A stretch of DNA of 64,000 bases from Nageia nagi (Eukaryota; Plantae; Pinophyta), in contig JBITNC010000001.1 of assembly GCA_050084985.1 (NCBI GenBank), positions 170,004,001 to 170,068,000 of the forward strand, given 5' to 3'. The notes below the pieces were generated by a model, which saw nothing but the letters and a program-made list of their open reading frames with translations, was not told the origin of the DNA and did not search any database. Positions 14,001 through 27,489 of this stretch are shown one piece after another. A program made the position numbers and the translations under genes. Numbering within the stretch: the stretch's first letter is position 1; the number at the start of each line of letters is the position of its first letter.

Positions 14001-14190
14001 GAGAGTCTAGTCTTGGAGCTCTATTTGGTGATCGTGCATCCTCATGGCCTAAAGATGCCTTGGGAGACTAGTCTTATGAAGATTTTTCGTGAAGCTTCCT
14101 TGCTGGTTCACATGGTGACATGGATTGTGGTGGATAATACCACCTTATTTGTATTTGCTTCAAAGTCCCCATGTAAATATTAAAGGGGAG

Positions 14191-14619
14191 TATTGGAAAT
14201 GTAATCTTTAGTGAACTTTTTAAACACCCCTAAGTAAAGTTTAAATGAAGGTGTTAGAATTTGTAACCTTTACTTAGGTGTGTAGAGGTTATTTTTGTAT
14301 TTTATTATTGTAGGAATTTTTTAATACATATTTGAAACTCTTCTTTATAAAGAATCTAGGTCTCCTCCTTATGAGGATAGGATCCACATCTCACACACTT
14401 ACATATGATAAGTGGCACTTAGTTTTATAGGAGTTACTTAGTAACTCTTTTTCTTATCTCTTTAAAAGGAAATGTCTTTTCCTTTTTCTTCTCAACCTTT
14501 CACATAGCATTTCAAGCCGTCTCTTGTAACTTATTTCTTTAGGCATTTTGCCATTTATCATTAGAGGGTTTTTTTTTGCTTTTAGTAATAATTTTATTTG
14601 ATCCTATTTTTTCCTAACA
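14191..14619 (+). repeat. Central LTR of tandem element
   Basis: PPT before and PBS after; homologous to 17118-17623 but with an internal deletion. Confidence 0.8.
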
Positions 14620-17117
14620 TGGTACCAAAGCCATGTATTACTAAACTGGTTGAATAGATTGATTGCAGGTTTATCCATCTTATGTAAGGAAGCTATTTTT
14701 TTTTTAGAGTTTTGTTTATCCCTAACATTTTTTTACAGGTTTTATTGTTAGCGTTTCTTGCAATTTTTTTTAAAAAGGGCTCACTTATTACTCCTTTGTG
14801 TGCAAGAAAGTTTAAAAAAAAAATGTACAAGAAATAAATTAAAAAAATCATTTTTCTAACCCTAATTTACTTTAAATAATATTTTTTTACAAAGGTTTGT
14901 CATTTTCATGTCTTTTATTGCAAAAGTATATAAATAAAACAATAAATAAATATTACTATTTGTTTTGAATAACAGTTTTTATGTAACAATATATTTTTGT
15001 TTCAGTTTTTTTTTTCAAGGTCTATGTGGCAGCATCCCCGTCCCCTGGCAGACCCCCCTTCCTTCTCGGCTCATTCTCAAATCCTTGTTTCTTTGTTTTG
15101 CGAGTGTTGGACGTAGCTTGTACTTGGTTGTGATCTATGTAATATTTGTGCAACTTTAAAGTGGTTATTCTAGTTTGTATTCAGCCGAACTAATATTGTG
15201 AACTGTTGCTTCTTGTCGTTTGGGTATTGCACGCTCCTTTGAACTTGCTCGCTCTGCATCCTTTGATCAAGACTTGTTTGGAGCCCACTTGCATAGACCA
15301 GATCCACCTATTTGTGTTTGTTCATGGTGTTTGTGGTCCCGCCTCCACAGCCCCCGCATTGTTCTCCGACCACCGGCTACCTCACACTCGACGTCCCAAA
15401 CCCTCCCGCATTGTTGCAGCCACCTTGCGCGTTGTTCTCGACGCCCCAAACCCTCGTTGCAACTCACCAGTCGTTTGGAGGAGTCCAACGGACCCCTACG
15501 GTCTTCCTCTCCATTCCCTAGCATTTCCTCCCGCGACGTCAACCTATGTAACTCACGACCCTTGCATCCTCTTTTTTTTTTTCGTTTCGTTTCCTACGCA
15601 ATGTTTCCCGTGGTCTTCGCCCTGTGTCTCGCTCCGTCCCGCACCCTATGCGTTCTCATTGTGCCCTCCCATCTCTTTCTGCTCACCCTCCTCTCCGGTT
15701 TGACCCCCTTCTTCTCTTGTTTGCATTCAACAACGTTTGAAAGCGTCCCCTTCCATGGTTATTTTCATTGATCTTGGTGTGGTGACTAGTGTGGCACTCT
15801 TGCATGGCGCACCTCTTCTGTTGTTGCCCCCCTCATGGTTTTTTTCCTTGCAGCATTATGTCCTCCTTTGGTGGTGAGCTCCCTCTCAACAACGAAGATG
15901 GTCTTTGCGGTTGCCCTCCGCTCTTCAACGCTCCTTTCCTTCCCCTAGCGGCCTTCTACTTGGCAGCTTCCTCTACCTAGTCGGCCAACTCTATCATCCC
16001 TCTACACTGACGGTGTCACTACTCTATCGTCATCCTTTGCCTTTTGCCCTTGCACGATGGCGCGACCCTTAGGGCATCCTCTGGTCCTACACATTGTTTT
16101 ATAAACAATGTTTTCTAAGTTTTTATATATTTAATTTATTACATTTAAAATTTCATTCTAATTATTTTAATTATTTAAAATTTGTACTTAATATAGTATG
16201 TTTTAAATGTTAAATTTAATAATTAATATATTATTAATGTTTTTTATTTATGCCATTTATAATTTTTAAAATTTTGTGATCTTTAGCATAATTTTTATGG
16301 TATTAATGTATTATTTATTTATTTTATCATTTATTTTTAAGATGAGGTATTTTTTATTATGATCTTAGTTTTGTGCTTAAATGACAATTAATGATATTAT
16401 AATTGTTATGATAAAACAAATTAATTTGATGCTTCAAATTGGTATGTGAATGATTCTCAAACCTGAGCTCCTTAGATCATTCTTTGGGTTTTGTAATCAA
16501 AATTTGCATGACTTGATCACTTATGCACAATTTTGACATCACTTCCCATAAGTGAATTTCAATTTGTATGTTTTTTTTTTTTTTTTAATTATTTCCAATG
16601 GCATGTTATTGAGCAACCTTAATAAATCTTTTGTTGACTTATTCATATGGCTCCTTCTTTTGTTTGCAAAATGTTTTTTGGCATGTCTTGTTGACCTTAA
16701 AAAGGTTTTCTTTTAATGCCATAATTGTATGTGTCTTCACAATATTTCAACACCCTTTTGCATACTTTGTGGCAATCTTTATGATGTTTTATGTTGGCAT
16801 ATGTACCTTTTGTTACTAACATGTGTGCCTTGTGCAAGCTTTTATGAGGCCCACTTTTTTTTGGGCTATAGTTGCCTTGTGAAGTTTAGAGCTCAATTTG
16901 TAACAGACCGTTCGCGTGGCCAAGATGCCTTGGGAGTCTAATCTTGGAGCTCTATTTTGTGACCATCCGTCTGCATGGCCTAAAGATGCCTTGGGAGATT
17001 AGTCTTATGAAGATTTTTGGTGGAGCTTCCTTGCTTGTTCACGTGGTGACATCGTGGTGGATAATGCAACCTTATTTGTATTTTCTTCGAAGTCCCCATG
17101 TAAAGATTAAAGGGGAG

Positions 17118-17623
17118 TATTGGAAATGTAATTATTAGAGAACTTTGTAAACACCCCTAAGAAGATTTTAAAGAGGGGTGTTAGAATTTGTAACCTTTAC
17201 TTAGGTGTGTAGAGGTTAATTCTGTATTTTATTATTTTAGGAATTTTCTCCTACATATTTGTAACTCCTCTTTATGAGGAATCTAGGTCTCCTCCTTATG
17301 AGGATAGGGTCCACATGTCACACACATATGATAAGTGAAACTTAGTTTTATGGTAGTTAGTGACTCCTCTCATCTCCTTAAAAGGTGTCATTCTTTTTTC
17401 TTCTCAATCTTTCACGTAGCATTTTAAGCACTCTCTCTTGTAACTTATTTCTTTGGGCATTTTGCCATTTATCATTAGAGGGGTTTTTCTTTGCTTTTCC
17501 CCCATCAATTTTTGGTCTCTCTCCATTTTATGTGCATGCTTCTCTTAATGGTATGTTTTTTCACCTTGCAATTTATTCCTTGATTAGTAATAATTTTATT
17601 TGATCCTAGTTTTTCTCCTATCA
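17118..17623 (+). repeat. 3' LTR of tandem element
   Basis: Preceded by PPT AAAGGGGAG; ends CCTATCA; homologous to 14191-14619. Confidence 0.8.
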
Positions 17624-17624
17624 T

Positions 17625-20600
17625 CGTAACCTCTTGTCTAGTACTAAAAGAATCTAATGCATCTACCAAGCTCTATAAGCCCTCACCAAAGTGGGAATGT
17701 ATGATAATGTTGTCAACGAAGAAGAGGATAGGCACCTAAATACCATGGAGGTAACCTAACTCAAGCTCAGTAGTCTCTATGCACAAACCAAATAAAGTTG
17801 AAGAGAGAGGACAACCCTATTTCACTCCAATCATGCTAAGAATGTTTCCAAGAACCACTTTGTAGTACAAAAATGGCATGAAAGAGTCTTGTAAAAAGTC
17901 AATATAGTTGTGAGTCTATGATTCCCAACCATTTTAGTCAATTCATGAGTCTAAATTGGGGAACAATGTCAAAGGCCTTCCTTAAGTCCACAAAGCACCT
18001 AGAGACTGGGAACTTTCAAAATCCAACCTCCTCGATGATTGCTTTAAGTGTAAAAACATGGTTTGTGGTGTGATGATCCCAAAGGAAGCCCTCATGTCTT
18101 CCTGCTCTGAATCGTATGTTGTCAGCCATCTAGGAAATGTAGTCATCAATGCTCATGGCATATAACTTGGCCAAGGTGTGATCAATCATGATGGTGCAGT
18201 AAATGCTCAGTTCAATGGCGTCTCTAGATTTGAAGATGGGATGGATGACGTTTGAGGTCCAAGAAGATGGAAAACTCAAGCATATGACATTATTTAAGAT
18301 CTTGGAGAGGAAGGGGGTAGGGTGAATTTGGTGACCTTGGGAAATTCGACTTGAAGGTTCTCAATGTTTGGGGTTTTTCTAAAGTTAAGTTTTTGGATGG
18401 CGATGTGGATGAGAGGGGTAGTGAAGAAGTTTGAGGTGAGAAGGAGATTGAAATGATGGGATGAATTTTACTAGGGATATGATATAAGCGGGTGGTATAC
18501 TCCTTCCATGTATGAAGGGTAATGGAGTTTGAGATTTGTTCTTTAGGTAAGAAGAAGCACCAAAAGGATTTAGAATTAGAGTGGAGGGAAGAAAGGACCT
18601 CTAATCTCCTTTTGGGAAAGATGTGATGTTTCTTAGTCTAAAGGAGACATCAGTAAGAGCGATGTAGTATGGAAGTGGAAGAGGACAAAGGGTCATGTGC
18701 AATGGCTCGATGGAGGCAACGATGAGTGTCCTTACAATCAATATCAAATTAGTAGGTCATTGAGTAATGGCCTAGAGAAAAAAAGTGGAGAGCGCGCTAA
18801 TTTTGTGGGGAAGGCTTGGGAGCTGCAAAACAAAGAGAGTCAACCAACAAGAGAGTCTACGCATCGATAGAGGGAAGTGAGTGTAAACCATGGATTTTCT
18901 ACTTAAGGATGTTATTGTATAATGGGGCATAAGTCGAATCAAAGAGAATGGTTGTACCAAAGAGGGGGGTGTTCAAATGAGGAGATAATGTCGGGTGATC
19001 TAGCAAAGAAACAATAAGGTGAGCATGATCAAAAAGAGGGAATCAAGGAGCGACAAAGAAGGATTGGAGATGAGGGATGAGTGAGGGGCAAAAGGATGTA
19101 ATCAACGACATTAGATCCCCTGCATGAGGGAAACAAGTGTGGTGTCTAAACTCAAGGAACCAAGCAATGCCATTCAAAGCCATAAAATCATGTGTCTTGC
19201 CAAGCTCAAGGAGGAATCTACCATAACTCGAGGGGGATGTGGAATATGTTGAGTCTCTTTAGGACTATAGTGCTTGATCTAAGGCTTGGATGTGGAGTGG
19301 GTCCACACGATTGTCAAATTATTGAGTTTGTGAGCTCCTTGTCCTACCATTGAAGTCACCCATGAGCACAATCTTGCCCTTTCCGGAATATGTAATAACC
19401 TTTAGAAAGAAGTCAAGATAGGGGCACTTGTAGACTATATCCTGAATAATGTAACTCAAAGATGTTGGTGGTAAGGAATAGACGATGATAAAGACTCTCC
19501 TAAGTGGTGGGGCCTTCACAAAAGAAATATAGATGTAGCATGCATGGGTGTCAATACCGTCTACACAAATCCTAGGGAGTAAAATATTGTTGACCAAAAA
19601 GACTACTCCTCAACCTTGACTGTTGAACCCTTACCAACCTATGATCTTGTATGCAAAAATAAAGAGCTCTCGTGTGTCTCGAAGAAGAATACCAAATCTA
19701 TCTGATGTATAATGTCACAAACTATCCCCAAAGAAGACCAAAGCATCCATTTACAATTCCAAGTTGACATTGAGAGCACTAAGAGTTCTAAGACGGGCCT
19801 CGTCTCGCATCATTTGGAAGATGAAGGAGAGGATGCAAGGGGCCAAGGTCTAGCCCATCCTACAAGGGGAGTGTCTCTGATCTAAGCCTTGTGGTTTCTA
19901 ATGATAGCCAAATACAAATCTTGGGATTGCATGCAGGTGAGATCTTAATCAATAAAAATGTGATCTGAGAGGAAGGAGAGGACCTTCTTGGCCCTAAGAA
20001 TGGAAATCTTGTGCTTTGCTAATTACAAGTGGACGAGCAAGGAGGAATCCTTCCTAGCCCAAACTTTGTCAATAGGAATTTTCAACAAGTTCAATGTGTC
20101 ATGGATGAAGCTTGGGATTGTCTCAATGGGTTTATCACCTGTTGGCAACCCTTTGATGTGAAGATTGAGTGCCTCGTATTCCCTATGATGCTTCTCTTCA
20201 AATTTCTTATTAATTGTTATTTTAACGAGTGGGCCAGGTTTGCTTCCAATGCTTCAAACTATGTCTGCGCAAGAGGAGGTCTACGTCAGTGATTACATTG
20301 TTGAAGTTGCTTGGGAATCCTTATGAATAAGGATTCCATTTCATAGGCTAGCAATATCATCATGAATTGTATCATATGTTCTAGAATAGAGTTATGATTG
20401 TAGAGTAGCTATTGCAATAGACAATGAGAAAGTCGAGGCAAAGGATGCTTCCAATCTCCTGATCTAGCTATATTGTCTATTCACTTGATTTTGCAGTGCT
20501 AGTTTCAAGGTTTGATGCACTGAATTCATTGCAAGGAGGGAGCTCACATGTTCAGTTCAGGCTTGGTTTGCTTTTTCTTGCTTCGACAAATGCTTGGTGT
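17625..20600 (-). mobile_element. Degenerate LINE (RTE/RTEX-like): ORF1 plus APE endonuclease plus RT, 3'-truncated
   Basis: EN motifs STWNCK, DLVFFFETHES, IVLMGDFNGRT. RT motifs HTTNHVFTLKAII, CFVDLRKAFDIVP, GVK*GCPLSSTLFGLCI, LFFVDNII (decayed FADD). Boundaries approximate. Confidence 0.82.
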
Positions 20601-23077
20601 GCATAAAATAAGGAATCTTCAACTTGGAGTAGAAACCTGCACTTGGACACATACACAAAGGTGATTCAAGAGAGTGGGGAGCTCAAGACAATCTCAATGC
20701 CATCAAACTTGGGAGATGTTACAGTGTCCAAAATCGATTGCAGATTTGGGCCAATTTGAGGGTTCATGTGAAGTGAAGAATAGGACAACATCAAGGTAGA
20801 TGAGCGAAGAATATGTAGGTAACAATCCCGCACATCAATTCAAGTGGAAGTGATCAAGTGTTGCTAGGTGGAGGATTCGCAAGTTGAGCAAAGCTAGATC
20901 ACGCACTTCATACCTAGTTGGTAAACTATAGAGATTGTGATGATTGGGGCACTCTCACAAGGTCTCCAAGGGCAAAAGTATGTAGGGATAGTCGTCGAAA
21001 AAGAAAAGCCCAAGGTGGACATTGCTAGAGACAGATATCAACAAGAATGGATGTTGAAGATAACTCGAGAGATGAATGTCACCAAAGAGGAAGCTTGCAT
21101 GGATTGAGGCTCACACGAAGGCAAAGTTTGGATCATGCGAGGGTCGTTGGATATGGACTTGCCATGGATTGGAGCTTGCATGTATCATGGTTTCTATGTC
21201 TTCTAACATAGAACAAGAGTATCCAGAGACGAATTTTGCCAAAGACAAGGCATCCATGGATCGAGGCTCATGCGGAGGCAAAACCTAGATCATGCCAAGT
21301 CGCAGTAGCAAAGCTCATGGTCTGTAGGTCATAAATGATAGAAACATATCAACACTCACATGATGGTGAAGCCTAGATAATGCACAGATCACGATTGCGG
21401 AGGTCAAACAAAGAGTTAGAATCACATGCGATACAGTAGAGACGACTCAATTAGATGGGAAACAGACAGTTTTCAACTAGGTAGAGGGCTAAAATCATAC
21501 CTGGGAACATATGGTAATGGATGAAACAAATGGCAATGAAGTGTTTGAATGATTGTAGTGGCTAAGAAACGAAAGTATTCGAAATGTTGAAAGAAAGAAT
21601 GAAAGCTTTGGCAAGAACACGCAAATGGAATGCGCAGCTAGAAACGAACGCATGCTAGAAAATGAAGGACATGTGCTTGGAAAATTTGTAAACGCATTGA
21701 GGATGTACACAAAAAACTGTGAACAAACTATGGAGGACCCATGTGTGAACAAACTCTAGAGGTCACATGTAGGAGCAAGAAAAAGTGCTACTTGAACACT
21801 AGAGACGAACGAGCACAAGACCTACACAAGAACGAGGTCACAAAAGCTATGGGGGTGTAGGAGCTACAAAGCTATGAGGGAACAAGACTTATAAAGCTAC
21901 AAATTAACACATAAGAGAGAATCCTTAAATTTCCTTGCTAGACGCATTGTTGTGCAACATCTTAAACTATGGATAAAACAACTATCTTAATTTTCTCATC
22001 TATGAAAACTTTGGACCTCACTTTATACATTTTGCTAACTAAAATAGATCTAATAGATGAATCATGCATGCTTGCATTATTCCCTCTTGTTTACTTTTTA
22101 CAACAATAGACAAATTTATCCTCAAGATCACTTATGCAAGCATTTTCTCATTTAAAAATAAACTTGCTTCTATTTTTGATAATATCTTGATAAAGCATAA
22201 ATTATATCCAAACAATTGATATCATTCTCAAGGTAGTGTAAGGGAATTACCAATTAGTCTCTAATTGCACAACACCGAAAGTACGTAAAGATAACATAAA
22301 CCAACAAAAGTAGAGGCCCATGAGATGCTTAAGGACGAATGAAGAAACAAGCCACGAAGCAACTTGACCCATAAATAACCAAATTGACCACAATATGACA
22401 CCGAATAATTAACTTTTACTATCAAAAAAGGACCATTGGCGGTATGTTTTCTTCAAAATTAAGTGCTCAAATTTGGTTTGCAAATTCTAACTACTGTAAC
22501 AAAATTTCTACTAGCATAAAATTAATAGAAAATTGCACACACACATGAACACGATTTTTATACTAATTCCCCTTAATGTGAGAGTACATCCAATCTAAAA
22601 GAGCTTTGATTTATGGATTTGGCCAAAAGAAACATTACAATTCTAGTCAATGGAAGAGAACACTGTCTCCCAATCACAAATCTCCCTATTGAATGCTGCA
22701 ACATTTCTTCAATAGCTCGACTCTACTCTTCAAAATGCTTCTTAAGCCCAAACTTGACCCAAGAAGTTTGATTTGGCTTCTCAAACCTCCCTCTAAGTGG
22801 CTCAAGAAGATTATGATCTGGTTCTTCAATGGTTTCTCCTCAATTCTCCCCTTTGACCATTAGGAGGAGTCATTAGCCGTGGTCAAGGGCTTAAGAAGTT
22901 CTACTATATCCAAATTTCCCAATTTCAATTATATTTTCTTCAATGATCAAGAATGAAGTCCCCAAGAAATTTTGTTGAAGGAAATTCAATGCCTCTTGAT
23001 TTGCACCTGACTCTCTAAATTCCCAAGTAACACCAAAATGCCAAGCACCGCTTCACCTTCCATTTTCCCATGTTAGG

Positions 23078-23153
23078 AATGGACCGTTGGCGATCTATTT
23101 GTGACAGAAATGGACCGTTGGCGATCTATTTGTGACAGAAATGGACCGTTGGC
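23078..23153. repeat. 31-bp perfect tandem repeat (2.5 copies)
   Basis: aatggaccgttggcgatctatttgtgacaga at 23078, 23109 and 23140 (partial). Confidence 0.95.
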
Positions 23154-23428
23154 AGTCCTCTTCCTACTGAATTATGACACCAAATTTTGATGCCAACCTT
23201 GTTTTTTGTGCATACATTATGAAAATTAATATACTAATCTGATTTTTGGATCATTGTTAAAGACTCAATGGATATAGGATTTGAGATTGGGCTTGGTGAT
23301 GCCAATAAGGGACTACCATGTGGTGGTGTACCAAAACAATAAAAAGCCACCGCAACTTTGACACCATTAAGAGATAGGGAAAAGTTTTTCAACCATGACA
23401 ACAAAGATGTTATCCACCGTTACATGTA

Positions 23429-23496
23429 CAAGATCAAATGGACAACCAATTAAAAATGATGCAAGATCAAATGGACAACCAATTAAAAATGATGCA
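23429..23496. repeat. 33-bp perfect tandem duplication
   Basis: caagatcaaatggacaaccaattaaaaatgatg occurs twice. Confidence 0.95.
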
Positions 23497-24256
23497 GCTC
23501 ATGCAAGAAAAGTGTTTATGACTATCACTAGAAGTATATCCAATCAAGGTTATGGAACAAAATACAACAAAAATTAGTACTCGTAAAATATAAGACAAAT
23601 GAACTTAACCTATTGATAAACAAAAATGGATTAGCAGCAAAAATCTAGGACAATAAATGGGCGAAACCATTTTTGTCAATAATACAATTCGTGATTACAA
23701 AAATCAATCAAAAAACTAGAGAACCTTCTTAGAGATAAAGTTAAACAAGGTGTTTAATTGAATATTTGTAATCAATGCTAAAATGAAGCTAAAGAGACCC
23801 CCCAACAAAATAAATGATAATGATATCTCAACAACCAAGATAAAGCCAATGCAAGCTTAAAAGCATCAAGTAATGCGGCAACTCGAAAAAACTTGAATCA
23901 ACCTTAACCATGATAGAGTGCCACATAAAGGATAACTGAGTAAAGCACATATGCAACTTCACCAGATGGCACATTTTTAGTCCCCCTTGAAATATTTGAT
24001 TTTAAACTTGCACCCTACTTTAGATCATACATAAAAGGCTGGCCAAATACCAAAAATTATATAATGAATGATTCAAATGGAGAGATAATAAGTCAAAAAC
24101 AAATATTCCAAATGTCATTCTATCACATATTTCCTACAATTTATTCACACACAATCAGCAAACAAATTGAGAGTGCAAGACTTTTTGAGGCCATCAGAGA
24201 TTTGCTTCATTCTTTGAGACTTCAACAAGAAATAACAGAAATTTATAAAGGCAAAC

Positions 24257-24348
24257 CTGATCGACTCCATCCTATAGTATAAAAAGTTTCCCCACTGTTG
24301 GGATGCCCCCTGTTGATGCTTAGTAGTATAATATGCGTGGGCCCATTC
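24257..24348 (-). CDS. Exon 6 of split-barrel gene (92 nt); absent from the ORF track
   Basis: Acceptor TTTTGTAG|GAA; encodes EWAHAYYTTKHQQGASQQWGNFLYYRMESI plus AG; donor AG|GTTTGC (phase 2). It continues the family sequence after exon 5. Confidence 0.92.
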
Positions 24349-27300
24349 CTACAAAAGCAAAACACAAACTAACAAAGATTAATAAGCTACTACACTCAAA
24401 ATGTGATATATTTAACTATGGGCATACACACACATTTATGTATATAAATGCATAACTCGCCCCAAAAACATATCAAAGTCACAAGATATGAGAAGTTCAG
24501 TTTGAACCCAATGTAAAAAGAATTCAGAAGTCCAGAATTTCGAAAAAAGTTCAACTTGCTATAAAAAATATGAAATAAATAAATATATGTATATATAAAT
24601 AACAACATTATTTTGAATATGTGTCAAAGCAGTATTTGAAAATTGAAACAATTAATCTTAAACCAACACTTTTTAATATCCATATAACAGTACTATTTAT
24701 AACTTAGTAAACAAGTTCTTGACCAACCCTTTTCAAACCGATTAGACAATGCACATGTAGTGTGTCAAGAAAACTTACCATTGTATATCCAGAAATAAAA
24801 GGAAAATATATAAACTATAAATAGAGAATTATACTGAAGCCTTCGCAGTGCCTTATTAAGTGTATAGCTTCTTAAATATTAATATCTCCAATAGTGATAT
24901 TCATAATATAAATATAATTTTAAAATACATCAATAATTAAAAAAAAAATTAGCCTGCCCACAGAAGACATTGGTAAAACTGAGTAATTTCCGTAGTGGAG
25001 ACCAGAGTTTAAAACCCAATGTCTTTCCTGTGGTTGAATAGTTCTACACTACCTGTGCAGGCTCAGTTAGCTAACAAGAAGTTTAAGTACCCTTCTTCAA
25101 AATATAAAAAATGATTTAGCTATAAAAAATACATTATAGGAATAATAATAATAACTATACATTTTGATATATCAAATTCACATTGTCTGTAATAAATTAC
25201 CAGCTTTCAAGAAACCCCTACAATAGAAGATTTAGAACGCTCAAGCAAACCTAAATGCAAAGCTTAAGGTGAGGTAATTTTTTAAATAGTATGTGCACCA
25301 AAACACCCCATTAGAGAAGGGTCTATGGCCATCAAAAAACTTCCATGAATAATCCAATCCCAAGGCCAATCACATTTGTGTTTCTTGCCATTAATATCAT
25401 CAAATGGCTCACATATGGCTTCACCCTTATGCCATAGTTATATGAGTACGAGAGGATAACCTCAGACCTCTGACTATTCCACTACATGGTGACAACAGTA
25501 CATTAATCGTGAGTTCCACACCCCAAAATACATCAGGCTCATATCACCTGTAGCTAGATTTTACCACTACCTATACATGTTTACCTTAAATCTTATTCAG
25601 AAAATATCGTTCTATGTGTATGTCATTGATTGTATATTGACATAACATCCATGTCATCCCATGGGTGGTGAGACTATGTGCAAAGCTATAGGAAATCCAT
25701 CCACATGCATTATGTTATTGCTAATGTTACAGGAAGTCAATTCTACGAGACACCAGCTAGAAGATGATTCCTTGTATGACTAATACAAGGGATTCCCTCC
25801 TTTGAGAGTAAAATGTTTGAATCTTGTCCTTTCTTTCCTGAGCACATGCCAGCCTAGTATTTTTCTAGGGCTGGATACACATACAACCATGACAGATATA
25901 AAATTTGCTCAATAATTGGAAAGTAAAGATAGATCAGAATTTATATCAGAAAATAATTATTCTCTATGTAGATGAGGAAAAAGTCACTAAGAAATCATAA
26001 CAGATTTCAGATCTTTCAAGTAGTAGTTGGTTGCAAATCATGGTTGATCCAGAATTTCTCATCTTTCAATTTGAGAAGTAGCAACCATGATATGATGTGC
26101 AGGAATCTTACTCTAAGATTTGAAAATCCAGTCTGACTCAACCTGGATGAGGTTTGACCACATCTGATAATAAAACATCTACAATAGACATGATTTGATC
26201 ATGAAAGAGCTTCTTGAACTTGGAAACTAATCAGCTCAAGACTTGCTTGGCATTGCCATCTTCTAAAAATAAAAAATTCATTGATTTGGTTTGTAGACAC
26301 CTCTATCTTTCCGTAGTGTAGATTCAATGTAACCTTCCATGAGGTATTCCTAGTCACTTCAGAAGCAATAGAGGCAGGCATTATCAGATAGTTACATGTT
26401 TCCCTTAGAGCTGTGATGGAGTTGAAAAGATTTACATTTCTGTGTAGTGACGCCAATGCAAATTTGTTTGCTGTTTCAGTGTATCTTTTGGGTCAAAAAT
26501 CTGAAGTTTTCAATGGCAGTATACAAATTGCACTTGGCCTACAGATTAGTTTCTATATACTGCATGTAGAACAGAATCTCAAAACTTTTGCGAAACCAAA
26601 CCCTATTGCCACTGTGTTTAAATATTAATAGATCATATCCATCAGAATAAGCATGATAGCAATAGGATTGAACAACAACAATTCTATGAATAGTGCTTGG
26701 GAAGATTATCCACTTCTCAACAATTCCCATTTTTCTTAATCATCCATGTAGAGAACGCAAATAGCTATACTAAAGGAATTGGAAAATGATCATAATCTTC
26801 AACAAGTGTCTTACATCCCATTACCTTTGGTGTAAAAGTGTGAGAAGCAAAATTGGGTTCAGACTTCAGATATATGTTGGAGTAATGTTATAAATCAAAT
26901 ATAACCACCCTATAATTAATTATAATTAGTTACTTATCATAGAGTTCTAACTCTACATAAGGATGTGTCCCTTCAGAAGATGCATTTCGGGGATGGCTGG
27001 CTGATTTAGGATTTTTCTGGGATATGGCAAGGAAATGGCAAAATATATTTAAAAATAAATAAATTATAAAAATCTATTTAGGGAACTCCAAGGATCATTG
27101 CATATCTAGTAAATTGTAAAACTGTCTATAAATAATAAAATTCTGTCCACAACAGCAAAGAAGAACAGCAATTTCAGATTTTCTACAGTCCGATTTTTTA
27201 GATTTTACTGAAAATGGGCTACCAAATTCAGTTTCATCATTGATCAGCTGTAAAACAGTTTCATTCACATACAAAAATCTAAAATCATCATATGATACAA

Positions 27301-27489
27301 ATTAAAACATTGAAGTCTAAATATCATAAGTTCATGACTCGTGATCAAAAACTTAAAACAGCATCAATAGTACAATAAGTATAACTATAGCCACTATAGC
27401 TGAAGCTCTATTGCCTCATGTGATGATCCGTAAACCCCTTTTAATGAAATTCACTTTCAGATCTTCACACTTTGTTTCTTTTAGTGCTT

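Larger units (their letters stand above)
9418..17623 (+). mobile_element. Tandem non-autonomous LTR retroelement (LTR fragment - internal - LTR - internal - LTR), copia-type PPT/PBS, no recognisable coding capacity
   Basis: LTR starts TATTGGAAATGTAAT at 9418 (truncated), 14191 and 17118; the last two are preceded by PPT TTAAAGGGGAG. LTR ends CCTAACA 14619 (followed by PBS TGGTACCAAAGCC) and CCTATCA 17623. 9457-10045 plus 14003-14190 duplicates 16344-17117. Confidence 0.75.

Noticed and set aside
15206-15771. Long overlapping ORFs (165-183 aa) as a protein-coding gene
   Set aside because: Open in several frames because of high GC; low-complexity translations with no domain and no splice structure; lies inside an LTR element.
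20600-23050. LTR-like sequence between the LINE and exon 6
   Set aside because: Composition suggests LTR relics, but no TG...CA pair with TSD, PBS or PPT could be established.
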